From Methanotrichaceae archaeon (GTDB lineage Archaea; Halobacteriota; Methanosarcinia; Methanotrichales; Methanotrichaceae), in NCBI GenBank assembly GCA_963813075.1, contig CAWEXU010000007.1:1-64000 (forward strand): 64,000 bases of DNA, in the 5' to 3' direction. The notes under the pieces are model-generated. The model ran no database searches. It saw only the letters and a list, made by a program, of their open reading frames with translations, and was not told the origin of the DNA. The position numbers and the translations under genes are program-made. Position 1 is the stretch's first letter, and each line of letters opens with the position of its first letter. Below, in pieces: positions 33,672-43,937 of the stretch.

Positions 33672-33902
33672 GTGTGCGGAGGGTCACGAATACCAGACCT
33701 TCAGGTTGGTCTCGCTAACTTGGAGAGTTAACGGGAGTTACGACGCAATCGTGACAGGATGAGGTGAACCCTCACACTTTATCCCGGCCCTGATGGTGGG
33801 GATCCAGGGCACCAGGACGGGCCCCTGGCAGGACGGAATTGCGATGCGTCCTGCCCGTGTCGTTCACAACGTGCAGGTATCAGCCCGGGCTGTTCAGGTG
33901 TT
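33672..33902 (+). ncRNA. Unidentified structured RNA-like element, copy 2
   Basis: See copy 1; followed by a T-rich tract. Confidence 0.65.
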
Positions 33903-34011
33903 TTGTCTTTGGTAGCAGGAGGCAGGAGAGAACTGAAAACTTCGATCCAATTTACTGGTAATCGATTGGGAAATTTTACTCTAAAAACCGTTATTCCCTG
34001 AAATGATTTTA

Positions 34012-34096
34012 TGCGGGGAAAGGGATTCGAACCCTTGAACTCCTGCGAGAATAGATCTTGAGTCTATCACCGTTGGCCTGGCTTGGTTATCCCCGC
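34012..34096 (-). tRNA. tRNA-Leu(CAA)
   Basis: GCGGGGA acceptor stem, anticodon loop CTCAAGA, long variable arm, GTTCGAATC T-loop. Confidence 0.96.
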
Positions 34097-34240
34097 ATAC
34101 GATCCGCTTTGATCCGATCGACTTTTAGCAGATCGAGGATAATGCAATCACCTGCTGGTTTATGAATCTTGCCATCCGCATTCCTCCTGGCCTGGGCCGA
34201 AATGGGGGCGAGGAGGCAATCACCACATAAAGCGAGCCTC

Positions 34241-34396
34241 TCAGGCATCCACATGATCGACGCAGATCCAGTGATAGTACCCGTGAATCCCTGTGCCCGT
34301 GACCTCGTCGAACTCCTCCAGCTCGCAGCCGCAGATCTGGCAGATCTCGCCATCCGGGACCTCGATCTCGGCATCATTGCATAGCACTATTACCAT
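34241..34396 (-). CDS. 51-aa putative zinc-binding protein
   Basis: Hand translation MVIVLCNDAEIEVPDGEICQICGCELEEFDEVTGTGIHGYYHWICVDHVDA; CxxC...HxxC. Confidence 0.7.
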   Translation of the reverse strand: MVIVLCNDAEIEVPDGEICQICGCELEEFDEVTGTGIHGYYHWICVDHVDA

Positions 34397-35761
34397 AATC
34401 GGGCTCTATATCTATCTGCAGGGGCCATGAAGCTTTCGGGCGGCTCCTTGAGCACGGGACGTATCATCCTTATAGAATTCATAGGATTATTATATTCGCG
34501 TAGGGCAGGACAGGCAGCTTGAGCAGCGCTGGCAGCAACAATAAGAAGCATCTGCAGTCTCAAAAGAGCGTGGGATCTCGTGCGGGCGATAGCGGTGCGC
34601 AATTGATCATCCCGGCCCAATTGGAGCATATTTGCTCAGAGCAACAATTGCTTCATACTCTCATGATGTGCATCATTTATGTACCTGCCGGGATTAAAAG
34701 GCGTGGCCTCCAGCCCGCCTGGCGAATACTACATTAATTATAAAATTTTGAGGGCAATCTGTCCTTATAAATGAATCTCATATTGCCTTTTCATTCTACA
34801 TCCGAGAAAATTAGTATCATTGCCGCCCAAACCCTTCAACGGCCTGTCACGATTGTATCCAAGCCTCCCCGGCGTTGAGGGGGCCAGGGCATAGCGCGGG
34901 AGGCCAGCAGGCCGACTCGCGGCGTGCACAAAAAAAAAACAGTCTATGTAGATCAATACTTAGCCTTGATAACAGCCTGGATTCAGGAACTCAACTATGC
35001 TGACGTTTGAGAGCCTTCGAGCCTCTCAAAAGCAGTTCAAACTTTCATCTGGGCCCGCCTGGCGAATTTTCGCTTTAATATATCTCAATGCAAAAACCGA
35101 TCAACTGAAATTCCGATCTCTCTGGCTTTGAGGGGCCCCGTTACCTGTCGCCCGAAGGGCCGACTCGCGGCGCCCACTGAAAATCAGCTCGCACGAATAG
35201 ACCAATTCCCTCTGAATCTCTTCGAGGTCTAACCATCCCGGACCTAATCTGGGACCACTATCGGGATCTTTTAGCTTGACCAGGATATCGATACCATTTT
35301 CCGGCGTCTATTCCCCTCTGGCAAAGGAGCCGAATACAGCAATTCGTTTGACATAAGACCAAAGAATGGACAATGCTAAAAAAAATTGAATTAAGTTTGG
35401 CCACCACAGTGCATGTCACCGCCGCTTGGCCTGCTAGAAACAATATGGCAGCAGTGAAAGGAAAACAGGCGGATCGTCTTGGTTGTATCGGGTGGTTACA
35501 GGAGCGATACATACATGGATAGCTGTCTCGCCTATAGTCTCACCTCATTAATATATTGTATCTATTGCTATTTCAACTTATTCCTCTGGTGGTATATCTC
35601 CAAGGCCAAAAGAGGATAAAGAGAGAATAAGATATGGAACGAGGGTGGTAAGGAGATGGGAACGGGAGGGTAAGGAGAGGTAAAAGATAGTAAGGCAAAA
35701 GAGAGCAAGGAGTGGGCCACGGATACTTCATCCTCCTCGATGGCCTCAACCCTTTTCATCT

Positions 35762-36229
35762 TCAAAAAACGAGGATCTTTATCCCCATCACCGTGGCGGT
35801 CACAATGCTGGCCGCGATTAGAATTCCTGTCGCCACGGCGGCAAACGCGGGCAGGAATCTGAACCCCAGGAGAAAGGCAATAGCACAGCCCGTCCAGGCC
35901 CCGGTCATGGGAAGGGGCACGGCCACAAAGACGGTCAGGGCGACCAATCCGAAATTCTCATGCTTCTGGATGGACTTATTGCGGGTGCGGGCGAACAGCC
36001 AGGTGAAGAACCTATCGCCGATAGTATAACGCCGCAAGTAATCGGATACTGGACCCAGGAATAAAAGCAGAGGAACTACTGGCAGCAGGTTTCCCAGGAC
36101 GGATATGAGAAATGCCTGATCCCATGAGTATCCGTAATATCCAATGGCCAGCGGTATGGCTCCCCGGACCTCGGAGACTGGAAGAGCGGCTACCACGAGA
36201 GTGACCAGCCATGAGGGGACTATAGGAAT
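35762..36229 (-). CDS. Small multi-drug export family protein (COG2426)
   Basis: PVSEVRGAIP, FVAVPLPMTGAWTG. Confidence 0.9.
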   Translation of the reverse strand: MPIVPSWLVTLVVAALPVSEVRGAIPLAIGYYGYSWDQAFLISVLGNLLPVVPLLLFLGPVSDYLRRYTIGDRFFTWLFARTRNKSIQKHENFGLVALTVFVAVPLPMTGAWTGCAIAFLLGFRFLPAFAAVATGILIAASIVTATVMGIKILVF

Positions 36230-36236
36230 GATTATC

Positions 36237-36737
36237 TTACTCTCCTATGGTTCCTTTAATCTCCACCTTGAAGACGGTCTCCTGGGTGGGTGAGGACACA
36301 GATATAGTCAGGTCCACGGGGATCTTCCCCAGAGCGATGGAAAGGGGGGCATCCGAGTTGGCGACATTCACCTTCACTCCTTCGGATAGCCGGGTGAGAG
36401 CGCCGATAATGGATCCGAAGTCTACCGTCTGGGCGACCTCTTTGAGGTCCGGGACCACAGTGATTGGAGCCAGCTTGATGGGCTCGATAGAAATTGGATT
36501 TTGAGAGTCGCCAGATATCCGGGCGGATATGGGGCTGGCTCCGTCTCCTGCCACCTGAACGCTCAGCGCCCCGTCCTTTCCAGAGCCCTTGACCTTGGCC
36601 ACTATGGGATGCTTTTCCAGGTCCTCTGATCCCTGAACAATAGCCTTTACATCAGCATCTGCTTTGAAGATCACCATTGTATCACGGGAAGTGATTGGAT
36701 TTTCTCCAATATAAAGGTGGCATAGTAAAGGTGACAT
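36237..36737 (-). CDS. Hypothetical protein
   Basis: Long ORF with native-looking composition; start probably MVIFK. Confidence 0.6.
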   Translation of the reverse strand: MSPLLCHLYIGENPITSRDTMVIFKADADVKAIVQGSEDLEKHPIVAKVKGSGKDGALSVQVAGDGASPISARISGDSQNPISIEPIKLAPITVVPDLKEVAQTVDFGSIIGALTRLSEGVKVNVANSDAPLSIALGKIPVDLTISVSSPTQETVFKVEIKGTIGE

Positions 36738-36787
36738 AGGCCAGGAGGCGAAAGACTGATATCATATGCGGCAGTACTGCCTTGCTG

Positions 36788-37848
36788 ATGGTTGAAGTAG
36801 GATATTTACACATTGATAATCCCATTGCCGTTATCTCTTCTCATAACCGTCCGGAGACTGACAATCTAGCCGGTTTAATCCTGCTGGATGGCTTTGACCT
36901 CGATGTCGTCAGTCCTTCCCAGATCCAATCCCGTCTGACCGATGTGAAGCAAAGGCTTTTGGAAGGGAGTCAGGGCAGGGCAAATATCCCAGATACATAC
37001 ATGATAGGCAGAGCGCTAAAAGCGAAAAGGCAGGAGAATCAGGCCGTACTGCAGCCCTGGGCCTGTGTGCAACCTGCTCAGAGGACGAGCCCCTGCTGGA
37101 GGCGGCGAGAATAGCTGCCCAGAACCTCTGTCTGCTTGAGCTGAAGATGTCAAGCATTCGGGACCCAATCAGGCTGCTGGAACTGATACCTCTTTTGAAG
37201 CGCTCCGGAGTCACCCTATCCCTCAGAATCAGGCCAGAGGATTTATCCAATACTCTACTCGAAAAGCTCAACGAGAGCGAGCTGGACCTGATTCACCTCG
37301 ACCTGCGTGGCCTGAACGGAGTCAGCCCGAAATTGGTCAAGAAGGCAGCCGATGTTCGCGGTCCGGCGATAATGGCCCTGGCGGATGTGGGAGACTTCGA
37401 GGATGCCAGAAACCTCCTGGCCATGGGGGCAGAAATTGTATCTCTGCGCGGAGCGGATCCTGAGTTCGTCCAGTGGCTCTCCGGGGCGATGATAGAGTAT
37501 GATTCCCTGAGCGGCTGGTGCAATGCTCCCAAGCATATCTGCGCCGGCGGAGACCTGCGCGGCCTGACCTTCTGCTGTCCTCCGGTCAAAAACTGCGCGG
37601 TTTTCGGCGCCCTGAAAAGAGCAGGCCTCACTCCGGAGGAGTTTGTGAACCGGAAGATCGCTGCTGCCAAAGGCACTCCTCTGGAGAAGGGAGAGGGCAC
37701 CTGCTTTGGAAGCCTGGTCTGGTGCTGCAAGATCAGCAAGCCCTGCTACCTGCGGGAAGAGGCTCTGGCCAGGGCAAGTCTATCGGAAAAGGAGTACATG
37801 GAACTGAAAAAGAAGCTGGCAGAGAAGATCCTGCCCAAGATCCACTGA
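36788..37848 (+). CDS. Methanogenesis marker protein 9 (frameshifted)
   Basis: NAPKHICAGGDLRGLTFCCPPVKNC, TCFGSLVWCCKISKPC. Confidence 0.88.
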
Positions 37849-37854
37849 TCGCTT

Positions 37855-38778
37855 ATGAGTGAATCCGGGGACAGAATCGGCCAGGTATCTGTTGAGTTAT
37901 CAGATCGAGTGGCCCAATGCGCAGTTCTGGCCATGCTCTTCGAGCTGTCCTCCAGCCCCAAGCCTGGAAATGTCGATCGCTGCCACGATTTTTCTGATAT
38001 CGGTTTTCATCACTTCCTGACCAGCGCAGTCTCTGCTTATCCCGTCTTCAGGAAGGCGGCGAGGGGCGAAGGGAGCCCCGGCTCGCTTATCCTGGAAGGG
38101 GTGCAGGCCTGGGAGGACTGGAACCTTAGGAGCAACACTCACTTCGGCTCCCTGGTGCTCATGATCCCTATCGCCCTGGCTGCTGGACAGGCGGCAGTTC
38201 ATGAACAGGCGGATGAGCCTGGCGATGGGCCGGATGACCGGCTTGAGGAGGAGCTGGCCAGGGTGCTGAGGAGCACCACCGTCCAGGATGCGAAAGAATT
38301 CTATCGGGCTTTTGATCTGGCGGGGGCGAGAGTGGTGCAGGTGGATGAGTTCAGCCTGAAGGATCCGGATTGGGAAAAGAAGCTGATTGAAGGCAACCGA
38401 TCGCTTCTCGATCTGATGGGGCTTTCGGTGGATCATGATATTGTGGCTCGCGAATGGGCCACGGACTATGAGCGATCATTCATGCTATCCAGAAGGATGC
38501 AGGAGATGATATCCATACACGGCCTCAATGATGGTGTGGTCAGGGTCTTTCTTGAAGCCCTGGCCCAGGTGCCTGACAGCCTTATTTCCGCCAAGTTCGG
38601 AAGGGAAAAAGCTTTGCAGGTCTCCCGCCGGGCAGCGGAAGCGCTTCTTGATCCGACCCTGGATAAAGCCCGGCAGATGGACATAGACCTCTTGGAAGGG
38701 GATATTAATCCCGGCTCCACCGCAGACCTGATTGCGGCATCTTTATTTATCTCCCTTCTGAGGAACTTGCGGTTTTGA
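37855..38778 (+). CDS. citG: Triphosphoribosyl-dephospho-CoA synthase-like
   Basis: PKPGNVDR, NTHFG, PDSLI, NPGSTAD. Confidence 0.9.
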   Translation: MSESGDRIGQVSVELSDRVAQCAVLAMLFELSSSPKPGNVDRCHDFSDIGFHHFLTSAVSAYPVFRKAARGEGSPGSLILEGVQAWEDWNLRSNTHFGSLVLMIPIALAAGQAAVHEQADEPGDGPDDRLEEELARVLRSTTVQDAKEFYRAFDLAGARVVQVDEFSLKDPDWEKKLIEGNRSLLDLMGLSVDHDIVAREWATDYERSFMLSRRMQEMISIHGLNDGVVRVFLEALAQVPDSLISAKFGREKALQVSRRAAEALLDPTLDKARQMDIDLLEGDINPGSTADLIAASLFISLLRNLRF

Positions 38779-39373
38779 TCATGTTCTATGGCAAAGAGGC
38801 TCTGGATGAGCTGGGAATATTAGAGGGCATAAACGAGGTAATTGCCACCACAGAGACCGACGGCAGAATTAATGCTGCTCCTATGGGCATAATCAGGAGT
38901 GAGGACCGCCTGTATATGCGTCTGTTTTTAGGGACTCACACCTATGAGAATATCCTCACCAGGAAATGGTTTGTGGCCAATGTCACCCACGATGCCTGGA
39001 TCTTCGCGGAGACCGCTTTGGAGGACCTGCCCCCGGAGTACTTCACCCATAGCGATGGCCTGCCGATCTTGAAGGATACCGAGGCCTGGCTGCTATTCGA
39101 ATGCGATCCCTTCGCCTCGGATATCATAATCGCCAATATCGAGCCGGTGAAAGGGGAGCTATTGAGAAAGGACTTTCGGGCCATCAACCGGGGGCTAATC
39201 TGGTGATAGAAGCAGCGGTGGCAGCAACCCGCTATATGTCTTTGCGTTCTGATTCCTATTTTGAGGAGCTGATAAAGACCCAGAGGATAATCAATCGCTG
39301 TGGCAACTCCAGGGAGATAGAGGCGATGGAAAGGCTGATGGACCGGATCGACGATTTCGCCCATAAGAGATAG
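38775..39373 (+). CDS. DUF447 family protein (frameshifted)
   Basis: GINEVIATT, NAAPMG, T.ENI, VIEAAVAATR. Confidence 0.85.
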
Positions 39374-39432
39374 GCAATTGAGCGATATGCAATTGAGCGA
39401 TATGCAATTGAGCGATATGCAATTGATGGATA
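39373..39432. repeat. 15-bp tandem repeat GCAATTGAGCGATAT (about 4 copies)
   Basis: Read directly. Confidence 0.9.
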
Positions 39433-39438
39433 TGCAAC

Positions 39439-40119
39439 TTGATTTCTATGAGCATGCTTGAGCGACTGCCTGTAGGCTGCCAGAGCCTGGACCTCCTTTT
39501 GGGCGGGGGATTTGAGTCGGGCATAATAACTGAGCTTTATGGTGAGTCTGGCTCAGGGAAGAGCAACATCGTCCTGCAGCTGGCGGTGGCCGCGGTGGCT
39601 CGAGGATATCGAGTGATCTTCATCGATACTGAAGGATTCTCCGCGGAGAGGTTCAAGCAGATTGCCGGACCGGGTGCGGCAGAGATGGCGGCCAAGATCA
39701 TGATCTTTGAGCCCATGAGCCTCGAGCAGCAGGCGATGGCCATCAGGGAGGCATCCAAGATCGCCGGCAGGGACCTGGGGCTGGTTGTTCTCGATTCGGC
39801 GACGTCGCTTTACCGCATGCTCCTGGAGGCGGAGGACAGCAGGCCTGCCCGTCGAGCTCTGACCGTCCAGCTCTCAGAGCTGCAGGAGATCGCCCGGAGG
39901 CACAGGATTCCTGTGGTCATAACCAATCAGGTCTATACCGATATCGAAGCCAATACCCTGCGACCATTGGGCGGGACGTATCTGGAGCACATGTGCAAAG
40001 CGATAATCTTTCTGGAGAAGACCGGAGAAGGCCTGCGGCGCGCCCGGCTGATGAAGCACCGCTCCTTGCCGGAAGGAGGATTGGCGGAGTTCAGGCTGAC
40101 CGCTCGGGGTCTGGAGTGA
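39439..40119 (+). CDS. radB: DNA repair protein RadB
   Basis: GESGSGKS, IDTEG, LDS, TNQV, KHRS. Confidence 0.95.
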   Translation: MISMSMLERLPVGCQSLDLLLGGGFESGIITELYGESGSGKSNIVLQLAVAAVARGYRVIFIDTEGFSAERFKQIAGPGAAEMAAKIMIFEPMSLEQQAMAIREASKIAGRDLGLVVLDSATSLYRMLLEAEDSRPARRALTVQLSELQEIARRHRIPVVITNQVYTDIEANTLRPLGGTYLEHMCKAIIFLEKTGEGLRRARLMKHRSLPEGGLAEFRLTARGLE

Positions 40120-40151
40120 TTGTGCCAGCCGCTTTTGGCTGCGTTCAATGA

Positions 40152-40225
40152 TTCCTTAGAGACGCGCACTCTTCTTAGAGACGAGCATTCTTCTTAGAGA
40201 CGGGCATTCTTCTTAGAGACGGGCT
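40152..40225. repeat. About 19-bp tandem repeat (TTCTTAGAGACG core, 4 copies) at the rimI stop
   Basis: Read directly. Confidence 0.85.
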
Positions 40226-40713
40226 TTCATGATGAAGGCCGCCTCCCCATCGGTGTAGTAAGAGGGCCAGATGGCCAGCATCTGGAATCCCAGGTTTGCG
40301 TAAAGAGACTGGGCCTTTCTGTTGCTTACTCTGACCTCCAGGGTGGCACCCAATGCCCCCATATTGCGGAATGCCTTGAGGATGGCGAGCATCAGCCTCA
40401 TGCCTATCCCCCGGCCCTGGTACCGCGGCCTTATTGCCAGCCAGAAGACCCGGCCCTCGAAGGGAGCATGCTTGAATCCCAGGATGAAGCCCGCCAGCTC
40501 TCCGTTAACCTCCGCGGCAAGGGTGGTGGCAGGGTGGTACTCGTAAAAAGCGGCGAATATGTTCGGGTCATAGCCTCCAAAGACCTCTCTATCGATATCT
40601 AAAGCTGCCTCCAGGTCCTGGGCCTTCATCCTCCTGATGATCACCGCATCCTTGAGGGCCGCCTCGTCAATGCCGTCCTCATATTTTTTTTCGATCTGCT
40701 CCTCGGGCCACAT
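40213..40713 (-). CDS. rimI: RimI-like N-acetyltransferase
   Basis: QGRGIG, LEVRVSN, YY.DGE. Confidence 0.85.
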   Translation of the reverse strand: MWPEEQIEKKYEDGIDEAALKDAVIIRRMKAQDLEAALDIDREVFGGYDPNIFAAFYEYHPATTLAAEVNGELAGFILGFKHAPFEGRVFWLAIRPRYQGRGIGMRLMLAILKAFRNMGALGATLEVRVSNRKAQSLYANLGFQMLAIWPSYYTDGEAAFIMKARL

Positions 40714-40761
40714 TCTATATTTGCCTGGGATTTTTCAACGGAAATAGTTTATCCGCTAGAA

Positions 40762-41742
40762 TTATCTTTTGAGCAGCTTCTCCATGCGGTTCATGCTTTC
40801 CGTTGCACCTTGTTTCATTCCCGTGCTGAACATGCCATCGCGGTCCTCTCTGCTCTGGAAGAGTTCAGAGATCGTCAACCTCGTCTTGCCGTTAAACTCT
40901 TGGAAGGTCGAGGTCTCAATCAGTACGTGTCCGGGCATGCCTTCAAATTCGAATGTATGAGACTCCCTCTCCGGCGGTACGACCTCTCGATAAACTCCCT
41001 TAAAGACGTATTCGTTGCCCTCATTATCTCTCTGGACGAAACGCCACTCTCCCCCAGGCCTCATATCCATTTTTTCCACCCTGGTCGTATAGCTCTCCGG
41101 TCCCCACCACAGGGGAATAAGATCCGGATCTGTGCTCGCCTGGAAGACCCGCTCTCGCGGGGCATCAAAGAAGCGGGTTACTACGACCTCCCGATCAGAA
41201 GGAAAATCAAACGCTGGGACATTCTCCCCGGACTCTACAGAAATTGTAGATTTTTCCTTATCAAGGTAGCTGGCAAGCTTATCGAAGGATTCATTCCAGC
41301 CTTGCCTTGCACCCTCTCTCTCCACTCCCACCGGCATGCCGGAATGTCTCAGGGTTAGCCTTGTTTGACCATCATGCTCTTCGAGCAATAACGTTATCCT
41401 CATTTCCAGAGGGAAATCCCCGCTCATCCCGTAGTAGGAGGCGGGGACGATGTTGCCCGATTCATCTGCGAATGAGTCCGTCAATACCAGTCGCTCGAAA
41501 GGAACGATTTCCAGATATGTGCCTTTGCCGCAATAGTCCTTCCCGTCGGGCGATCGCATGCAACTGAAGGATTCACCGCCCACGCGCAGATCCACCGAAT
41601 AGACTGGTGTGGTAAAATCTTTCGGCCCCCACCATATCATGATATGCTCGGGTTGGGTCCAGGCCTTCCATACGAGCTCACGGGGGGCATCGATTATGCG
41701 CGTTATGACCAGATCTGATGTATTTTCGCCTTTCATTGTCAT
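40762..41742 (-). CDS. Tandem SRPBCC/AHSA1 domain protein
   Basis: Two repeats of ITR..DAPRE.V....T.P...WWGP. Confidence 0.92.
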   Translation of the reverse strand: MTMKGENTSDLVITRIIDAPRELVWKAWTQPEHIMIWWGPKDFTTPVYSVDLRVGGESFSCMRSPDGKDYCGKGTYLEIVPFERLVLTDSFADESGNIVPASYYGMSGDFPLEMRITLLLEEHDGQTRLTLRHSGMPVGVEREGARQGWNESFDKLASYLDKEKSTISVESGENVPAFDFPSDREVVVTRFFDAPRERVFQASTDPDLIPLWWGPESYTTRVEKMDMRPGGEWRFVQRDNEGNEYVFKGVYREVVPPERESHTFEFEGMPGHVLIETSTFQEFNGKTRLTISELFQSREDRDGMFSTGMKQGATESMNRMEKLLKR

Positions 41743-41841
41743 TCACCAATATCAATACTATCAGGGCTTGACAGTCAATTAATTTATGACACAAAAAACG
41801 AATTCATAGCACGAAGTGTAAACAATTTAAAATCGATAATT

Positions 41842-41974
41842 CTATTTCCCCACCGCCAGGGTCAGATTTCCGTAGGGCATCACCAGCATCCTCGCATCCC
41901 TGCCCTGCCTCTCTTTCGCCATGGCCAAAGCCTCATCCAGAGTTTTGGCCGGGTTCATAAAGCACCTCTCGACC
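41842..41974 (-). repeat. Duplicated 3' end of the larA-like gene
   Basis: Near-identical to 42671-42803. Confidence 0.92.
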
Positions 41975-42040
41975 ATAAAAAGACCTTTTATTGATCGGAC
42001 GACAACGGATATAAATACTAAAACGAGGAGATTATTAGAT

Positions 42041-42217
42041 ATGGCGTGCTCAGATCCCCTTGAGAAAGCAAAAGAAGTGATTACCAACGCAAGAGCAACA
42101 AAGGCTGAGGATGACTTCCTTGAGGGAATAGTGGAGAGCCTAAAAGATTTTTCTAAAGGTCGTTATATTGTCTTCGAGAACGATGATGAACTGGAAGACC
42201 ATCTGATGAATCTTTAG
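42041..42217 (+). CDS. Putative antitoxin
   Basis: Small acidic ORF ending SLKDFSKGRYIVFENDDEL, upstream of a RelE-like gene. Confidence 0.65.
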   Translation: MACSDPLEKAKEVITNARATKAEDDFLEGIVESLKDFSKGRYIVFENDDELEDHLMNL

Positions 42218-42238
42218 GTTGCAATTGCATAATTCCAA

Positions 42239-42625
42239 ATGGCATATAAATCTATCACAACGACCTACTTTGATAAAAAATTCTCTAAATTAACTGGTAA
42301 GAATAGATCTTTTAAAGTACAGGTTATAAATAAAATGAAAGGCATTCGCCAAAATCCAGAAATAGGCGAACCTAAGAGCCATAACCTCAGAGGTTTTCGT
42401 GCCTTGCATATCTCTGATCATTTCGTTATTGTTTTCCTTATCTTCAAAGAATATGTTATTTTTATAAATATTGATCATCATGATAATGCGTATGATGAAG
42501 ATACCTCGAAAGGGCTAATAAGTCGTCTGCTAGAGGACGAGGAACTCCATGCTGCGCTTAAGATATCTGATATTTCCGCGGAGGACTTTGCTAGCTTCTT
42601 AAGGACTTTAGGAAAATGCAAATAA
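42239..42625 (+). CDS. RelE/ParE-family toxin
   Basis: F.KKFSKL, NPEIGEP...NLRGFRALHI, IDHHDNAY. Confidence 0.8.
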   Translation: MAYKSITTTYFDKKFSKLTGKNRSFKVQVINKMKGIRQNPEIGEPKSHNLRGFRALHISDHFVIVFLIFKEYVIFINIDHHDNAYDEDTSKGLISRLLEDEELHAALKISDISAEDFASFLRTLGKCK

Positions 42626-42670
42626 GCTAAGTCGCTGGATGCAAGCCCAAAAATATATTTAAAATATTGC

Positions 42671-43897
42671 CTATTTCTCCACCGCCAGGGTCAGATTTCC
42701 GTAGGGCATCACCAGCATCCTCGCATCCCTGCCCTGCCTCTCTTTAGCTATGGCCAAAGCCTCATCCAGAGTCCTGGCCGGGTTCATAAAGCACATCTCA
42801 ACCGTATCCCTGGGCATAGATGAGACCAGGATCAGATGATGCTCCATGGACTCTTTGGCCAGGAAGGCCGCCTTGTGCCCACCGAACTCGTACTCTCTGC
42901 CGAACCTCTCCCAGCAGTCCTCGGCAGAGGAGGCCTCACAGGCCCAGCGCTCGAAGACCGGATGGCCTAGCCCCTCGCAGCACTCCGCCAGGAGGATGAT
43001 GGTGCCACCGGGCAGGGCGGCATTCTTGGCATTGTCCAGAGCCTTCTGGGCCTGGAATAAATTGAGGTCCTTGGGCCTGCCTCCGGCACAGCTGACCACG
43101 ATCTCCGCCGGCTCCACCGGACGGCGATACATCCGGTCCACCGCCTCCGCTCCCACTCTATGCGCCTTTATGCAGTCGCCCGCAGTGGACAGGACTATCT
43201 CCTTTTTGCTGTTCAAGACGGTGTTCAGGATGAAATCCAGATCTGCGATGCGGGCAGCCTCCTCCATATCCAGACGGACGGGGCTTTTCAGGTTCCCGGT
43301 GGTTGCCGCGGGATCCCTCATCAGCTCGTGATTTTTAATCACCGAGGCCTCGGAGCTCACCCCGGGTAAGATGGCCTTTGCCCCACCGCTGTAGCCTGCA
43401 TAGTAGTGATACTCGATATTTCCCGTGGCCACAATCAGGTCCGAGGAGGCGACCGACTCTAAAACCTCCACCGGAGTTCCTCGCCTGGTCCTGCCCAGGG
43501 GAACGCAGGCTTCGGAATTGTGCTGAATATGAGGCAGACGGATGCAGTCCTTTAACAGATACTCCTCCTCGGCAGCAGTCATCTTTCGGTGGGTGCCCAG
43601 GGCGAAGACCACATTAAGATTTTTGATATCCAGCTCCTTTAGCTTCCTGACCAGAGGCGGAAGCATGAGGTGGCTGGGAGCAGGGCGGGTGATATCGCTC
43701 ACCAGAATGGAGGCAGACCTTGCCCCGGCAAACTCCTCCAGCCTCCTTCCCACCGCCTGCTCTAAGGATCTCTCGACCTCCTCCGGGCCGGCTGGCGGAA
43801 GCTCCTGGGGGAGGACGACCTCTACCTTATCGTCTGCAAGAAGCTCCAGGCAGCCCTGGCCGTAATCGAGCTTTATGGCTTTTTTATTGGATTTCAT
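42671..43897 (-). CDS. larA: Nickel-dependent lactate racemase family (LarA)
   Basis: SDITRP, ALGTHR, HYYAGYSGGAK, DLNLFQAQK, GHKA. Confidence 0.92.
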   Translation of the reverse strand: MKSNKKAIKLDYGQGCLELLADDKVEVVLPQELPPAGPEEVERSLEQAVGRRLEEFAGARSASILVSDITRPAPSHLMLPPLVRKLKELDIKNLNVVFALGTHRKMTAAEEEYLLKDCIRLPHIQHNSEACVPLGRTRRGTPVEVLESVASSDLIVATGNIEYHYYAGYSGGAKAILPGVSSEASVIKNHELMRDPAATTGNLKSPVRLDMEEAARIADLDFILNTVLNSKKEIVLSTAGDCIKAHRVGAEAVDRMYRRPVEPAEIVVSCAGGRPKDLNLFQAQKALDNAKNAALPGGTIILLAECCEGLGHPVFERWACEASSAEDCWERFGREYEFGGHKAAFLAKESMEHHLILVSSMPRDTVEMCFMNPARTLDEALAIAKERQGRDARMLVMPYGNLTLAVEK

Positions 43898-43937
43898 GGC
43901 GTGGCAGTACGATATTAGCGGTTTGAATATATATGAC

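Noticed and set aside
31406..33902. The repeated RNA as RNase P or SRP RNA
   Set aside because: No GAGGAAAGUCC or SRP helix-8 motif on either strand
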